From NCBI GenBank assembly GCA_027604505.1, contig JADIIX010000092.1, positions 62,001 through 88,818 of the forward strand: a DNA stretch of 26,818 nucleotides. Direction: 5' to 3'. Source of the DNA: Gonapodya sp. JEL0774. Taxonomy: Eukaryota. How positions within the stretch are numbered: the stretch's first letter is position 1; every line of letters starts with the position of its first letter. The position numbers and the translations under genes were made by a program. Of this stretch, positions 23,173 through 26,818 are shown in pieces. Under the pieces are notes generated by a model. That model was not told the DNA's origin. It made no database searches and saw only the letters and a list, made by a program, of their open reading frames with translations.

Positions 23173-23899
23173 TACCCGGCAAGTCCTCGAACAATACGAT
23201 TTTGTCCTAGTGGACTTTCTCGGTGGCAATATGGGCAAGCAGTAGGTATTTCACACTGCAGTGCCCTTCCCTCCTCGTCCTGGCTGAAGTCACAAAAGGA
23301 TTTTGGACTTTCACTCTTTCTCCCACCGTTCAATGCTATCACGCCATGAAGTACACCAAGGACACTCATTCCGTATGCCAAATCTCATCTCGGGGCTCTG
23401 CTTTCCCGTCTCGCAACAAGTTCAGCGTCCCTATTGCCGTTGCCTGATCAGTGCACCTGATCGATGCTGGTGGAAAAAGTGGACAAGGTAGAGGAGTTGG
23501 GAAACAGTTGAGTTTTGTGCTAAAGGAAGAAGTGGATACTCCTCCTCAATGGACAAGACACTAAGACATACTTCTTTCTTTGTCAATTTCAATTGTAGCT
23601 GTACTCCTACATTCCTGCAATGAAGGAGGAATATGAAATCGACGATGGGAGCATTGCCATCGTGAAGGGGGGTCCTCGCTGTTCAATGTGGGTAACATGT
23701 GCAGTGTCAGCTCTCAATTTTGTAAGACGACTGAATTCATAAATACGGTGTCTGCCAATTAGGTCCAGTTAGTGTACGATGTCACATTTTTAACCCATCC
23801 CTAGATCACTAATATGGAAGTAAAACATTTGTATCAAAAGTATATTAATTTCAGTGAAGAACTATGCCATGACATAAGTCATAAGTCTATACAGACCCA

Positions 23900-25742
23900 G
23901 TGCTTCAACCCCTTCTGAGCTGTATCGCACTTGCATTCCCCCTTCCCCTGCAACTACCTGGCGTGTTCCCACTTGCACTACTTCTCCTCATCCCGCAACC
24001 ATCCCAGTTTGCCCCCCGTGTTGGTACGAGGCGTTGACGCTTTGGTTCTGGTTCCAGTCAAATAGAGACAGTAAGAAGAGACCATGCAGCGACCAACAGG
24101 GCAAGAATGTGTACTCACCAGAGAAATTAAAACCCTTCAACTACCTTCTGCTTTGCGGTAGCTTCAGTCTCTTCCTTCGAGGATTTTGAAGCCCCTTTAG
24201 GGTTGTCGTCTTCCTCAAGTTCAACAGTAAGATCCAACTACGAGTTTGGCTAATGCATGTAAGAAATAATCAAGTTGAAAGTGTCAGGTCACTCACATCT
24301 GTGGGGGGCAAATAGGCAGACACCGAGGATTCACCTTGTGCTCTGCGACATGGTTTCAGTGAAGGGGATGGTGGTAAGTGACACATTGTGCCGGAACCCC
24401 GAAACAAGAAGTACCTTTTTCCTTTCCCTTACCACTTGTGGCGCCTTGGGGGGTAAGTTCAAGCAACCTGGCCAACTAAATGATTACTGTGGCGCGTGTG
24501 GTATGTTCAGGGAACGTGCCTGTCCAGATAGCAATCATTAAATGAAGATAGAGGGAGTTACCACACATTCTACAATGGAACGTACCTGCAATTATCAATT
24601 CGGTGGCCTGTTTGTTCTTTTCATCCGTCCATCCCTGACTGCTGTTCCCAGAGCTTCACCAATTCCTTGACCTCCTTTTGCGTTGCAGCTTTTGGAAATT
24701 CAGCAAGTTGGTATATATATGTTTCTTGTGGATATCACAATCGATTCAGGGTTAATCAAAATGTTGTCTCAGCAACACATATAGTAAAAATTTCTGTGAA
24801 CTTACTGCAAGGTCCGGATTCCTGTTCACTATCTGCACCTTCACAGTACCTTCCGCGTGGATAACACCAATTGGGAGACGGAAATGAGGGCGGTTGTTGA
24901 GGGAGTGCGTCCGAAGTATAGAATTGAACAGCAGGTCATGTTAGAACAGGTGTACGTACAAATTCTTGACGAAGCTCTTACATTTGGGATGACATGGTAG
25001 TATCTTGCAACAGCCAGCCAACTGCTGACTTGTGTGATGCTAGTCTTGCCAGCCCCTTTGAAACTTTTGGCGATGTCGGAGTTGGTCAGCAACCTCCTGT
25101 TGCTGTTGGCAAAGGTAATTGCCCGGCTCATAGTGACGTAGGTGTTGTACGGGGTCATGGGTACATCTGTTGGAGATGGAGGTGAGTGAAGGATGGTTGG
25201 CGCAATGGTTAGGTACTCGCATGCCTCATTGGAGTAGTTCATCATGGACCCTATACCCAAGCGCATCCTGTCTGGTGTGTCAGCCTACAGTGTGTGAATC
25301 ATACCTTGAGTTGGGATACTGAATGGAATTGTGAATGTTCTCCAACACTCACCCTTAGAACAATTGCACTGACTGTCTTCGTCCCATCCAGAAGACCTGG
25401 AAGAAACTCTATCTCCTCGCCAGCTCCTTGAGGCGGATGAGCGTGATAAGACGGTGATTTCCATTGACAATGCCATAGAGACTGTGTCCCAGCTAGATGA
25501 GGATCACGACACTTATGTGGAGCCAGCCGAGCTTGTCGATGGCGGTCTTGGAGTAGGCTAGTTGTCAGTAAGATAGAAATGAAAAGGTTATCACCTGCTT
25601 ACATGAGCTCCTTGATGCCTTTCTCATAGCGTTCCCGTACTTGCTCAGACCACCCATGGTCCAGCCAGATATCCTTGACAGAAACTTGGCAATTGCCAGG
25701 GAGGCGGTAACAATCAATTAGTTGTTGGATGTTGCCTTCCAT
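23900..25742 (-). pseudogene. Intron-containing ParB/Sulfiredoxin N-terminal-domain gene, disrupted; 3' end uncertain
   Basis: From ATG 25742: MEGNIQQLIDCYRLPGNCQVSVKDIWLD (frameshift) SEQVRERYEKGIKEL / TAIDKLGWLHISVVILI*LGHSLYGIVNGNHRLITLIRL. This follows the ParB-N order (QxR, ELxxSIxxxG, hydrophobic strand, YxIxxGxHR). GT..AG introns continue downstream. Confidence 0.6.
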
Positions 25743-25809
25743 TGAAGCAATGCTTGTAATCAAAGCAAGTTCCTGGTATTTGAAAGACGTGATCTTGGAA
25801 AGTGCAATC

Positions 25810-26290
25810 AGGCCCTCTCCGGTCTGGAGCGGGCCTGTTTTGACCTTCCGAGATCATGCCCCAAAACCAAACTGGTACATCTGCTCCAACCAGTTTAAAA
25901 TGTCCCCGCTCCATTCTGGAGCAGCCCTATTTTCAGAGAGTCTAATGATGCACTTTTGAGTGGTTCTTTGGTCATGAATATTGGACCAAAAACGTGATCC
26001 GCTCCGGACTGGAGAGAGCCCATTTTCAGCTTCCAAGATGGTCCTCCAAACCAACCTCCACCTCCAATCTAAAACACCCCCCGCTCCTTTCTGGAGCAGT
26101 CTCATTTTCAGAGAGTGCATTGAAGTACTATTGAGGCATCTTTTTGTTCACGTATGCTGGACCCAAAAAGTAGTCCTCTCTGGACTGGAGAGAGCCCATT
26201 TTCAGCTTCAGAGATTGTCCTGCAAACCAACCTCAACCACCACTCTAAAACACCCCCCGCTCCGTTCCGGAGGAGTCCACTTTTCCCAGA
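25810..26290. repeat. Three imperfect ~180-bp tandem units, each with two palindromic CTCC-N5-GGAG motifs
   Basis: Units start near 25813, 25998 and 26174. Units 2 and 3 share GGACTGGAGAGAGCCCATTTTCAGCTTC and TCTAAAACACCCCCCGCTCC. Palindromic cores at 25817, 25909, 26002, 26084, 26178 (CTCT variant) and 26260. Confidence 0.85.
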
Positions 26291-26483
26291 CAATTTGCTA
26301 TAGAGCAGCGACAATTTTACACAGAAACTTCATGTAATTCAGTGTTGGATTTCTGCATTAGTGGACGAAAAAAGAGGGCTACTCTGTTGCAGAGCGGCGT
26401 ATCCAAACTAAGCAGGCCGCCCCATATTACAGGTGCAAACAGATCCAGCCACTCTGCCAGCCACCTTACCAACTGCAATCATT

Positions 26484-26818
26484 ATGCGTGAATTCATCAG
26501 TGGCCACGAAACATCTATACGCTTCAGAACGAGTTTGACATCTATCAACAAGGATGTTCCGTGTGTTCACCTGAACATGGATCCTCCAACACTCCTCCGT
26601 GATGTAGCATCTTCACAACTAATCCATTGCGTTGAATGCACCTACACCATGAAGAGCAGTGGAATGTTTACTGTTATTGGCGAGCCTACCACAGCGTCTT
26701 CTAGACCAGCACCTCCTTCTCCCAGAATTGTCAATCTCAATGACAATGAGTACTACAGGCTGAGGGCATACTTCATCAAACACTCCGAGATTGCTACATA
26801 TCTTCAGAACAAGCAGTT
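26484..26818 (+). CDS. Unknown open reading frame running off the window end, possibly transposon-related
   Basis: ATG 26484 opens MREFISGHETSIRFRTSL...YYRLRAYFIKHSEIATYLQNKQ with no stop in 111 codons. No recognisable motif. Confidence 0.3.
   Translation, partial: MREFISGHETSIRFRTSLTSINKDVPCVHLNMDPPTLLRDVASSQLIHCVECTYTMKSSGMFTVIGEPTTASSRPAPPSPRIVNLNDNEYYRLRAYFIKHSEIATYLQNKQ

Noticed and set aside
23195..23260. CPYCH as a gag zinc knuckle of the copia element
   Set aside because: The CX2CX4HX4C spacing is incomplete and the flanking frames do not resemble gag convincingly.
25810..26290. CRISPR array
   Set aside because: Eukaryotic context, the intervening sequences are homologous to each other rather than unique spacers, and there are no cas genes.

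Overview
Intron-rich eukaryotic DNA, most likely from an early-diverging zoosporic (flagellated) fungus. That is inferred from a fungal-type END3 and monofunctional ADE1 sitting alongside an animal-type AIFM1 and a CEP295-like centriole protein. The first ~20 kb is a compact gene block: ankyrin-repeat protein (+), END3 (-), ornithine decarboxylase (-), ADE1 (-), AIFM1 (-), RRP4 (+), a BSD-domain protein (-), a putative tri-longin protein (-) and a CEP295/DDC8-like protein (+). From ~19.3 kb the DNA becomes CpG-depleted and decayed, with a Ty1/copia pol remnant, a MITE with ~100-bp TIRs, an intron-containing ParB/Srx-domain pseudogene and an adjacent array of palindromic repeats. The main hidden element is in the ODC 5' leader: a spliced, AUU-initiated uORF (IPEFRKRVIGGNGAF/AAPPW*) ending in the PPW motif. 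This matches the polyamine/eIF5A-sensing uCC of ODC and antizyme-inhibitor mRNAs and is absent from the ORF track. All gene models and homologies were assigned by eye, with no database search.
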